This document shows, piece after piece, positions 14,401 through 26,400 of a DNA stretch of 64,000 bases; the first letter of the stretch is position 1; each line of letters starts with the position of its first letter. This DNA is from Glaucostegus cemiculus. Lineage: Eukaryota. Where the stretch lies: positions 9,362,001-9,426,000 of the forward strand of contig CDPCPM010000043.1 of NCBI GenBank assembly GCA_976551045.1, given 5' to 3'. Made by a program: the position numbers and the translations under genes. The notes beneath the pieces were generated by a model that had not been told where the DNA came from, did not search any database, and saw only the letters and a program-made list of their open reading frames with translations.

Positions 14401-17400
14401 GATGATTATTCAAATCTCTGCATTTGTTTGCCATTTTCTTTTCAAGATTGATCATTTGTTCTGCTGCATCTTGAGGTTTGGAGCGGCAATGTTGAATTGT
14501 TTTAAGTGGGTTGCGAAGATTTTCCTCTGGCACATGTAGATATTTTGGCCTCATTCTTTTCAAACCTTCGCCTAGTTATGCAGTGAATGGACCTACTTTG
14601 TGGTTTAGTGGGGATGTGAGATTTGGCCAGCACCATAACTGTTTACATCCCCTTAGTTTCAGAATGTGTGCACAACCACTAGTGTGGTATGCCATGTTAT
14701 AACTTCACTTATTTTTTAATGCAAGAACATGCAGTTTTATAGTTAAGATGGAATTAGGTTAACTGAACAAATTAACGTTTGTCTTTATTCATTTCCAGCG
14801 CTCTCCTAGCACCTATGTGTGGCTTCTCCTGGGGTATCCACTTCTTGCACTTGCCCATGGCCTGGCTTCCTTCATTGCTTGGATTTTGGTTGTCACCATT
14901 CCAATAGCCAAACTAAATGGCAGAGCCATCACTGACATCCTGCTCATCCCTCCTGAGCAGCTTCAGATCAGACCATCCAAGAGGGTAAGGATCTTGTTTC
15001 GCTGGCAGTGCACAGTGCCTCCTATTATGTTGTCATTAGGAACATTACAAATCAACAACTAGAACTTGAGGCAACTGAAGGAACTTTAAGGAGCCTCATA
15101 AATTCATCCTAATATGGGAAAGTTTTGTACAAAAAATCTGCATGGGCTGGAAATCTGAAATTACATGTTGAAAATACCCAGCAGGTCAGGCAGCATTTCT
15201 GGAGAAAGAACCAGTTCAAGTTTCAAGTCCATGACCTTTTATCAGAAGTTGGTAATGAGTATGCTTTAAGTTGTGGAAGAATCAAAAGGGGAATGTGGTG
15301 GATGGAGGCTGTGTGCGCAAATGGTGGTGCTGGTGAAGGTTTTCTAACTGCAGATCCAGTTGAAGGAAATGTGAATAGCAGTTGAATAAGGCTGTGGTGG
15401 GGAGGGCACCAGAACTGAGAGGCAGTGTGTGTGGCAGGAAAGCAACTGATAATAGGGCGGGTGCTCCGCCTCTTGCAGTTTTGAGGAATATGCTGGGAGA
15501 AGGGATTGGTGTTGATGGAGATGGGAGGGTGAAACAAGATGTGGAGGGGCTGTTCCCTTTTGGAATGCTGAAAGCAGAGATGAGAAAATTGTCTAATCAC
15601 GGCATTTCTTTGAAGTAAAATTAGAACTGTGAGGTGGGCATATCAGAGCTCAATGTGCGTCATAACTATGCCCATCTGTGGATCTGTGAAATGGTCCTTG
15701 CTTCAGTCTTTCTTGGGGCGCCCTTCAATTTTTTTTTCCTGGTACATTGGTGACTCTTTGGGTATTGCTTAATGTTTTCATACAGAATGTGTGCATTTCA
15801 TCGCCATTCGCTGGCAGTTTCTACCCCGCTTTTGCTTTAATTGCTATAATTCTTTGTTTTGGTAACATCTCTATCACCACCTTGGGATAGGTTACTGACC
15901 AATGTCCACGAGAAGCCCATAGACTCCTCCAGTTGTTTTGACTGTGACTCTCATCCTGCTTCTAATATGGATTCCCTTCCATTCTCCATTACACCTGTTC
16001 TGATGACATTTCCCTCATCAGTGCTCCTGTGACATCTGCTGTTTTCCTTGACCATGGCTACTGCACCTCTGCCCTCGCCTCCCCTTGCCCACAGCAAGGA
16101 CAGAGTTTCCCTTGCACTCTCCTTCAGCCTTCCCACTATCCAAGTAAAGCAGTAGGCTTCTGAAATTTGGTGCTCATGATTTAGTCTCCTCTGCAGCAAA
16201 AGAAGATTGGGTGATTACTTCGAGTTAGCAAGGTTGACCCTGAGCTTCTAGTTGCCTGTCAGTTTTGATTCTCCGTCACGCTCCCACTAGGACTTCAGTC
16301 TTTGGCCTCTTGCACTGTTCCACTGAATGCAACAGCATCTTGTGTTCTATTAGGCACTGTGTCTCTGTTATAGAATCTTAGTTATTGGTCCTTTATTCTC
16401 TCTGCATATGCTACCTTATCTGCCCAGTATTTCCAGCATTTTCTGTTGTTATATCTTAATGGCGAATGTTGGGTGTTTTCCAGTGTCCTTGTACTGGTAT
16501 ATTCAGTGCTGAGTTAATTCAAAGCTGCCTCTGTACTTGGGTGACTAATTTGGCAGTGGATGTGGTTCTTGGTGCGTAGCCCTGCTGCTTCACACTAAGG
16601 CAAACTAAACCATTCCTTTTAATGTCAGCAGGTCTGCACGTAATTGTAAATGTGCCATCCAATATTATCAGAATATCATTACCCATCTGTTGCTGAATTT
16701 ATACCATAGTTGTTCCATAATGAGCTCCACTATAGTGCTCTTACTGGCCAGTGTTTCTGGTTGGCTATTCAGCCTGATAAGGAGCAGGATAACTAACAGC
16801 AACTTGTTAGATTTGTGCTTAAAATTAAAGTCAAACTTTCAAAATAATTAAAATTAACTTGGCTATCTTAACTAATTTGTCTCACTGGAGCTTTATTTGA
16901 AGTTATTGGAGATTTCCAATGGCTCAGCACCGATTTAGCAAAAAGTAATTTGCTTGGATCTATCTAATGGACCATCAATTTGCTTCATTGAAAATTGTAT
17001 ATTTCTGTGACACAACTAATGTATTACATTTGTATAGTGTTTTTAATGTAGCAAAGTACTTCAGTGTTCATAATGAAACTAATTTTTTAATATGACAGCC
17101 AGCCATATGAGATATTCAGATAAGTTGGCAGTGGAAGATTTCGAGGAGAATATGCAGCTGGGGATTTCAGATCTTGGAGTCCAGGTTGCTCCTAGTGGAG
17201 TGATGCCAGATTAAAGTATTGATTTGTAGCACTGGGGAGATTAGAGAAGGAGAGAGACGTTCTTTGACAGTTTAGAAATTGAGTTTAAAACGAAGGCCTG
17301 AAGACTGGTAATGCCTGCAGACGGTTGGAACAACTGGTTCTGGTCTCTGGCATCATCATAAAGCCCTGGCTTTTGTTCTGACCAGTCCAGGATCTCATTA

Positions 17401-20400
17401 GCTACAGTTTGATCCAAAATCAAGTCACAGCAATCAGTGCAATGAAGGAGGCTCCTGTGTCCTCTAGTGACAAGAGTAATCAAGCTGGTAGAACTTCCTT
17501 GCCCTCTCCCTGTAGTCCTGTGAATTCTTTCCTTCCAGATACTTCTCTAGCTCCCTATTCAATGCTGTAATTGAATCTGCCACTGCTGCAATTTCTGCCA
17601 GTGCACCGTACACCCTAACCACTTGCTATGTTTTCATGGGGGTGGCGGGGATTTTTACTTAGTGTTACTTTTTTGGTTCTTTTGCCGATCATAATCCTTC
17701 CATGTTCCTTAGTTCTGCTAGTGGGAGAAAATCCTCTATTGTCTATATCCCTCATGATTTTACAACCCATAACAAGAGGTTCAGCCCAGTCTGATTCATA
17801 AAACGTAGATCCTTGGGTTGAAAGATCTCTGCAAACTGGTTCTACTTTGTTTCTCTCCCTGCCTCCAGACTGACGTTCCACTGGACGGAGAAGTGGTCCT
17901 TTGTTGTTACCGTGCTATGAATTTCTACTATTACAAGTACACAGTGATTGGCATTAACGTGTTTGCTGTGAGTATCCTTTGATACTTCAACTCCTTAAGG
18001 AGTGAGGCTGGAGAAAGGTATAATTGCTAATTACTTAAAGTCGAATTGAATGATTTTGTGTTGTATGCTAACTCTGCACTTTCAATGTCCCCAGATTATC
18101 CCATTGCATTGTTTAGTGTTGGCCTGTAAACTGGCCGGCACTGTGGCTCTGTTCAATAAAATTGATTGACCACCACCCTGGGGTGGTATTTGTCAAACTT
18201 GTTTCAACTATGCACGCTACTACTAACTTTTTATAAGTGGGGAAAGTATCATGTGCACAGAAGTAAATGTTCCTCATTTGTACCTTTACCAAGATGAACA
18301 TTCAATCACCACACTAGTAAACAGTCCAAAAAAAAAGTACCTTGTTGCTGTAAGTTTACAAAGCTCGCATGGTATTGAGAGTGACTCTTGCCTTTCTGTT
18401 GCCCAGAAGTGCAGCTGGTCACATGGCAGGTTATTGGGTAGTCACTTCATTTGGTAGAAGCAAATTTAAATCTCCCTCCGCTCCATCACAATGTGGATTC
18501 TTGAATTTGAGTGTTTTTATCTTTCATTCCATAGATAATGACTCAATAATTGAGTTGGGCCAGTCCAAGCATGCTACGTGGTAGAGCCTTGCAGTTTGGA
18601 CTATTTGTATACTCGAAACCTTTCAGTTTGGACTATACAAAGCCAGGAAAAGGTGCAACTAGTTTTCGCTTAACTCCTGAGTCTCTTCTGGGGCATGTAC
18701 TGTGGTTAGTGACTGTTGTCTACTGGTGACTGTGTTGCTTTTTTCATGCAAGTTATTTCTTTAACTGGATCTTCAGATCTGCTTCCTCTGGTAGTAGTTG
18801 CTCTGGTCTTGGGGTATGCTGACACAGAGAATCACTATGCCAGTTCACATGTAAAATTTGCACTATCCATCTTGGCAATAATTCCTCTGTCCTACTACAT
18901 CGGGATGGCAATTGCGAGGTAAGCAGAACCTTGTTTTACTGTTGTCGTTGTAGCAAAGTAACGGGCCACGTGAGCAAACTGGTTCATGCTGGTGTTTCTT
19001 AAACTCCTCCTTTTACCCCTCTGCACTCAAATTCCCCCACTTCCACCCCTCCCCCATCCTACTTCATCCTTGGCATTCCCTCTTTGTGCATTGATCTGGG
19101 AAATCTCTGGAAGAAACGGTAAAATCTCCAATGGTACGGAGGCTCCAATGTGCAGGATCGAAAGAGGCTGCACAGGGTTGTAGACTCAGCCAGCTCCATC
19201 ACGGGTACACCCACCCCATCGAGGACATCATTATGTCCGTGATAATAATTCTGAGCACATGTTCTCACTTGCAAAATATTTTTTCTAAAAGTCTTCACTT
19301 TACACCCCCACCCCCAATTGAGGAACAGAAAGGAACGTTCCTTGGCTGTCAGTAACAAGCGGATACACTGGAAGCAAACCTGAAGAATGGTTTGATCACT
19401 TTTTGAACATAATGGAAACTCCGCAGTACATCACTTTGAAGTCTGGAACAGTACCGTCCAGCAAGCAATGTGTTGTCACTTCTGGTGTACTTATCATAGT
19501 CTTTATTAAATGTTGCATCATCTCCCCTTGTGCTGTCAGGGAATGCTCTCAACCATAACTTCCTCCTTTATAAATCATTTGTTGTACAATTTAAGGTGAA
19601 ACTACCTTACTGTTCCAAAGAATAAGTAGATCAATTTAAAAATATTCCCAGTGATGTAAATGGTAGTTTTTCTTTGCAAAGGTTTGCTGCTTGCAGTTGC
19701 TTCTTGGAGGGTGGGAGTGGGAAATGTCTCAACACTCCCATTTCAATTGGTTTAAAATCCTGTGGCTGTTAGTAATTTTTTTGTCATGTGGTACATTGGG
19801 CTCTTTCTAATTCACATTCTCATCTCTATGCAAGACTCAGATTTTTTTTGTTTGATCAGCATGTGTCGATAGACCACAGGCAGTCTTGGGGCTGTTTTGA
19901 CTGAAGTGTGAAGTTGTGTGATCTTCTGTTCCAGTCTTGCTTTATAGTCCATCTTACATGAGGGCTCTGAGTGTGTGTGTGTAGGATGGCAGGTGGGCTT
20001 CCCTCTGCTTGTGCAATACTGCCCTAACATACCTATGTGCTCCTTTGTTCCATGGACACGTGCAGTTTGCTCTGCCCATGTTGCACTACCTGTCGAATTG
20101 TTGTGAAACAGTGGTAGCAATAAGCTATGAGAAGTGTTTGGAGGAAGTCAAAACTAAAGTAAAACCAGTTTGAGAGAGTTTGTAGTGTGTATTCTAATAA
20201 CTGTTGGAAGAATGGCAAAAGGTAAACACTGATCTTCTAGAATCTACTCTCGGCCACAGAGGAAGAGATGATACCACAGTCGTACTGTTTGGTCTCACTG
20301 GGCCTTGCTGATACTTTGGCTTTATTGACTTTTTTTTAGCTGCTTTTGCCTAATGGATTTCCCCGGTCATGCACTTAAACTATTCACCTCGAGGTCAGCT

Positions 20401-23400
20401 TGTAGTAGTGAGGCCTCAATTCTCACCACTTTCTACTTAACATTCCTCCACAGTTGTATTGGATTGATTAGTGACTGCCTTAAATGTTGCTCTAGTTTTG
20501 AATTCTCTTAAGTGGCAAGGTCTTTGCAACATTGTCAAACCTTTCCAAAATTAGAAGATTATTGGGTCACCCCGTGGCTGAACCACCTCCTTTTCCCCAA
20601 CCCACCCAGTCAACTTTTTCCTGATGTTTGTAGCTTTGCATTGCACCATCTCCATTGCCCCCTGCATCCTTGCTCATAGTTAGAACTGAGCACAATTGAG
20701 TTGCAAACATCCTACTGGAGGAACTCAGTGGGTCGAGCAGCATCTCAGTCGGTGGGGGGGGGAGGGGAGGAGGAGGGAGGCATGGAGTTGGGAGACAGAA
20801 CCAGGTGGATGATGGAGACGGATAACAGATGCTGTTCAACCCCCTCATATTGTTTGTTGCTCCCAGATCCCAGCATCTGCAGTCCCTTGTGCCTTCACAA
20901 ATGAGTTGGACTGGTTAGACTTACATTTCCAGATTTCAAAAATCAGCTTGAATTTTAAAGTGAAATGCACGACATGTTCCTTGAGCACATACTTAGTGCA
21001 ACCATCTGCCGAAATGTCATAGCTCCTGAAGCCAGTTTATGCTTAATTTTATATAAACACCTCTCTCGGTAACACCTAAAAGTTGTATTATGAAGTGTTA
21101 TTCCAAAGGAAGTATTGCAGTTTCAGCCTTGAGCAATGTCATTATGTAATGACTGTGGTCTGCTGGCACTTGTAGAATGTTAAACCCATGATTCCTCTGT
21201 ACCCAGGAGTACTTGTACCAGATTTTACTTTATTGTTTCATTTGTGGCAACAACTTGATTTTTAATTGCATTTGGTAACTGTACCTCCCTGCCTATTGAA
21301 AATGGTTGAATGAGTTTGGGAAACCATATTCAAAGTTTTCTAACGTACAGTGATTTAAATCTATTCTTGTCTTCAGTATTTCAGCACAGAGTAACTTTGC
21401 AGTAGGTGCAGTAGTGAATGCCACATTTGGTTCAATCACCGAGTTGACCTTCTACATAACTGCTCTGATCAAAGGCAGCCATAAGGGGAACAAGTGCTAT
21501 GAGGAGGTGGTGAAAAGTGCTCTGACTGGAACCTTGTTGGGATGTGTCCTCTTTATTCCGGTAAGTTATTCGAGCTGCCTGCTTTTGCCTGGCTCACTAG
21601 GAAACTTAAACTCTGCAGTGTTAATTTCTCTTAGTCAGGACAAGAACTGACCCAGTCATTTGCAAACCACCTGACCACTTAATCTCTTTCATGCTTGTAG
21701 TATTGGTCCTCCCATGAGTCAGCATTGACTACAAGAATATTGGTTTGTAGCCAAATCTCCCCTGTCTCCAGGTCCCCTTATCAAGCAATAGGGACAAGTT
21801 CTCTGAAGTAGGATCTTCTGTTGCCACCTTCACTTTGAAGGTTCTGTCCTGCTACAGTAAAATTCTGCTAATCCAGTGCCAAGTCTCGAGTGTGCCAGAT
21901 TATCGGATTTTCTGGACAATTGGTTGTTATTTCTATTAGCATCTCACACTTGTTAAATGTGTTACTTCTAAACATTATGCAGTATGATAAGTCTTCCAGT
22001 GAACCAGATGAGTTGAAGGGGAGCCTGGCTCCGGTGCCTCTGTGAATTGAACAGAGTGGAAAGGGAGTGCAGCAAATACTGCCTAGTGAGTGTGTACCAA
22101 ACCATCGGCATTCCTGAGTGGTTGAATAGCAGGTTATCAGAGTTTCACTGTACCTTAATTTTATTGCAAGACCATTCAGTGCATCACATTGCACCTTTGA
22201 AGCTGTGCAATATCCACCAGCTTGTGCTGTGACTGGAGTTTTTAAAGTTGATGAACTTTTGGCTGTCTTTATTTGAACCATGGAACCCTTTACCTTGAGT
22301 CCTGGGTTTAATATTTGAAAGGGGACATGCTCTGTACTATATTGGACTGTCATTCCTAGGATATGTATTCCAGTCTAGAGTGGGACTTGCTCAGCTCGCT
22401 CAAAAGATTGCAAGTTCGGAATTTACCCAGTAAGTTGCAGGACGTGCTGAAGTTGGATCTGCAGGTGGCCTTGGCTCTTTGTTTGATCTTGATTCTTCTG
22501 ACTCGATTCAAATGCTGTTGGGTTGTATTGCAAAGTCTGGGTTGGTGAATATGGTCGAGTGGAGTAATTCTTCCACATTCTAAATTTTAAAGTGATTCTG
22601 AAAATGCCAGTTTTGTAACTCCCTGTGATTCAGTTTGCTTTGGGACAGAAACTGATGAATGGCTTGTCCTCCAGGGTATCTCCATGGTGATCGGAGGTTG
22701 CAAGCACCAGGAGCAGAGGTTCAACAGCCGCTCAGCTGGCATCAGCTCAGCATTGCTCTTCATATCCGTGGGAGGTAGGTGTCAAGATGGACGTCTCATT
22801 CTTCTGACATCACAACTGTATGCACTAGAAGCAAAACATCTACTAAAGATACCACTGGGAGAGGGTATGAACTCAAAAGTTAGATCTATTTCCAGTGCAA
22901 TGCAATAATTTATGAGGGCCTAGCTGTTGTCACTGAGTGGAAATAACATGGTCGCCTTAAATTCAAAGGGGCTGTTGCTTGGCCTTGGTATCGCAGAGAA
23001 TGTATTCAGTTGGATGATGTTCAACCCCTCAAATTCTACAGCCATCTAATCAGATTATGGCTGATCATGTCCAGCTACCTGGTTCTGCTCCATATCCCTT
23101 GATTCATTTACAATCAAAAATCGAACGGGTTATTGTTCTGGCCCATAGTCATTGAGGAGAGGAGGTTCTAGGTTCTTTTTCCCTTTTTCCAAGTTTAAAA
23201 ACTTCTTCCTGATTTCATTAAACACAAGTATTTTCCATTATACTCCCACCAGTCCCTGGCTCCTGCTGTAGAAATGTGGGACTTGTTAGACTTACTCCCT
23301 GCTGAAGGGAGTTGGAAAACGGCCATGATTTCCACACCAATTAAAAGTTACTGGGCAAGTTCAAATAGTTAGACCTGACTGAACACAGGATTGGAACTTG

Positions 23401-26400
23401 GTATGGGCATTATAATGCCCATATAGCACCATGCTAATCTGGTGCGTGTATGTATGCATGTCTGGCAATTAGGACCAATGTTCCAGTTGCTAGAATCTGT
23501 GCCCGTCTTCAGGGAAAAGTTTCTTCCAAAGCCAGTCACGCATAGTTGTTAAGAACAAGTCTTGTGATGTTGGGCCAAGCTCTGAATTTGTTAAAGATTC
23601 CGCATTCTCTTCCATTGAAATTTCTGGGACTCTTTTTTTTTGTGGCAATGGGTGACCTGTTAACAAAGGTGACGTACGGCTGGTTTGCTTTTTTTTTATT
23701 TCTGTAGGTGTGTTTGCACCGACTCTCTTCTCCAAAGCTTATGGAAACCTAATATGTCAAGGCTGCACCAATTCAACACAGAATGAATCTGGCCCCTTTG
23801 AATGTAATGATTGTCACTTCAATGTGGTATGGATTTACTCTTTTAATTACTGCTATCTCCTGGAGCTTGCTGTCTTGCCTAGTTAAGTAAAGGAAATGCT
23901 GAACTGTGCAAAAGGCTTTAGGGGATGGGGGAGCGGATGGAAATATGGCAGAATAACTCCCTCAAGCACCCTGGCTTGATAGTCACGACTCTGTTTTGAG
24001 ATGTGCACGATTAGATGCAAGTTGCTAGTGATGGTTTTTAATCCATTACCCCTTGCCTACAAGTGAGGACCGGATCCAGTTTTCCTGTTGGAGTTGGACA
24101 ACACCTTGCTCAGGTTATCTATAGGTTTAGGCCCAGTCAACATGAGAGATCTACAGCATTTTCTGTTTTTATTTCAGATTACCAGCACTACAGTATTTTG
24201 TTTATTTTAAATTGTCTGTCACACCAGAGTTGGTCTTCATTTTACTCAAATGTTGTTCTTGTCAGTGTCCAGTCATTCTTCCTTCTGCTGCAGCATCCTG
24301 CTCCTGGGTCCCAGGCACTGGGTGTTTAGAAAGTGTACTGAATGTGCACAAATATCCCTGGGTGAAGGCCTGTGTTTCAATGCCAACTGGCAAGTTGGGG
24401 GGGGGGGAAATACTGCAAGATTTCGGCTTTGCAATATTCAAGACTGTGGTCAATATTCTTTTGATTTCCACCACTCCCCTCCTCAGTCCTGTTCTGTATG
24501 GGGTCTCGTTTTCATTTAATTTGGGACAAATTGTTTCAGTCTCATTGATGCTTGGCAGTAATTGCATTCAAGTAGCATTTAAAGTTTCAAACTAACTGAT
24601 TTCACTGCTCCCACTTTCATTCCTCACAGCTGCAGAACAATGCCTTGTTTCACAGTCATATTCAGTAAGTACATTGGGAATTGCTTGTCTTGTGATTGCT
24701 CTTCTGCAACGGTGGGAGGGGACTGACTTGGGTGATGATGAAAGGAGTGGTGGGGGTGAGAAGAGGTGCCAGGACTGAAAGTTTATAGAACTTTTGGACT
24801 GTATCATAATGATTGACAAGATGAGCCACTAAAATGACTGGTTGTAAATGTGTTTCAACAGGCTGTCATTTTCTTGTAACTATTCAAAAATAGAAATCTG
24901 GCTCCATGTACACAAATGGCACTTATCTTTTTCCTCACTACTGCTTCTATTGACTGTCTACTGCTTCCTACTCCACTGTCTCTAAATTTATCAGACTGTC
25001 TGAGGGACTGGAAGGGCAGGGATATTCTTTAGTTAAATATTGGGAAGACTGAGTTACATTTCACATTTCCCATCACTAACCCCAACTGTATCCTCCTTGT
25101 TGACATAGGGTCAGGTATGACACCAGGGATGCTGGTGACTTATTTTGAAGTCTTCTGACTTCAGCCTTCTCTCATCCCATCTACTGCTGAAAGCCTCATC
25201 TTTGCCTTTATTTTCATTTGACTGTTCTGAGGCAGTCCTGACCAGCCTCTCACTCTGCCCCTGTAAACTTGATGTTCCAAATTCTTGCTGCCAATATCCT
25301 AATTCACTTTGTCCCATTTACCCATGGCCCCTCTGCTTGTCCTACATTTGTTCCCAGTTAAGCAATACCTGTTTCTAAATTATTCCTTGTTTTTTTTAAA
25401 ATTCATATGATCTCATCTACTCTCATTCTCGTTATCCCTTTGCCCCTCCATCCCTCGTGGTTCTGATGAACTTCCTCATCTCCACGCTCTCTTCCTTGTT
25501 TTCTAACCCTCAATCTCCCTTCACACCAATGTCCCTCTCTCCCCCCTCTGCTCTTTGACGCTGTCAGCTTTCTTTTGCTTTTGTGGGGGTTCTTGATCTT
25601 TGGGCAGCATGATGGGTTGCAGGAAGGCACTGGTAACATGGTGATGTCACTGAGACATCACACAAGACCTGTTTCCTGTAATGATCTTTAGTTTTTGTCC
25701 TTTAGGCCCCTGATCCACACCGTGTGTATACTTCTCCCAGCATCTTATGTGATTGGTCTCATTTTTGCTCTGAAGACTCATACCCACATCTATGACATTC
25801 ATATCAGCGACTGTCATGGTAAGCACCTCTTCGTCCAGCTTTGGGAAGTTGCATTCTTTTCCTAGCTAACCAGTAACATGTAACGTGTTCACAGCATGCC
25901 AGAATCATCCTTTTCTTGCACACTGCCCTCTTCTGGTTAAAGGTGTACCCTTGTACCGACCCAAGTTCTTTCACTCAGTTGAACGTTCAGTGAGATGGGG
26001 AATCGCATGCTTGCCTCACATCCCATTAATGCCACTGATAAGTTGCTTGCTCAGTAGCTGGAGGAAAGATGATTGCAGTCCCTAAAATGTTTTGTCCCCC
26101 CTCCCCACACTAAATTTGATCATTTGGATTTTATTGAGGTGATGCTTCCTGTTGTTAATGCAAGCCAATCAGGTTTCAAGTGTAGACAAATTTCCAAAAA
26201 AAAAGCTCCATGAATGCCACTTTTACACCTAGTCAGTGTATAGAATGTGCTTCAACATGGTGGAAGGGGCTCGAAGGGAGCGATGGCCTCTTTCTTAATT
26301 CTTGGCTGAGGAAAATGGTTATGTAAATTTCCAGCAAAATACTCCAAATTATCATGTCTTCACAGGTTGTGTTGGGTAATGGATTCTTGCTCAGCTAGAA

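Noticed and set aside
17968-17973. GTGAGT as the productive donor of the 17869 exon
   Set aside because: It gives a frameshift and stop at the next exon. The U12 donor at 17972 restores the frame.
21868-22353. 161-aa minus-strand ORF
   Set aside because: It overlaps a MITE and has no transposase motifs, so it is likely a chance ORF.
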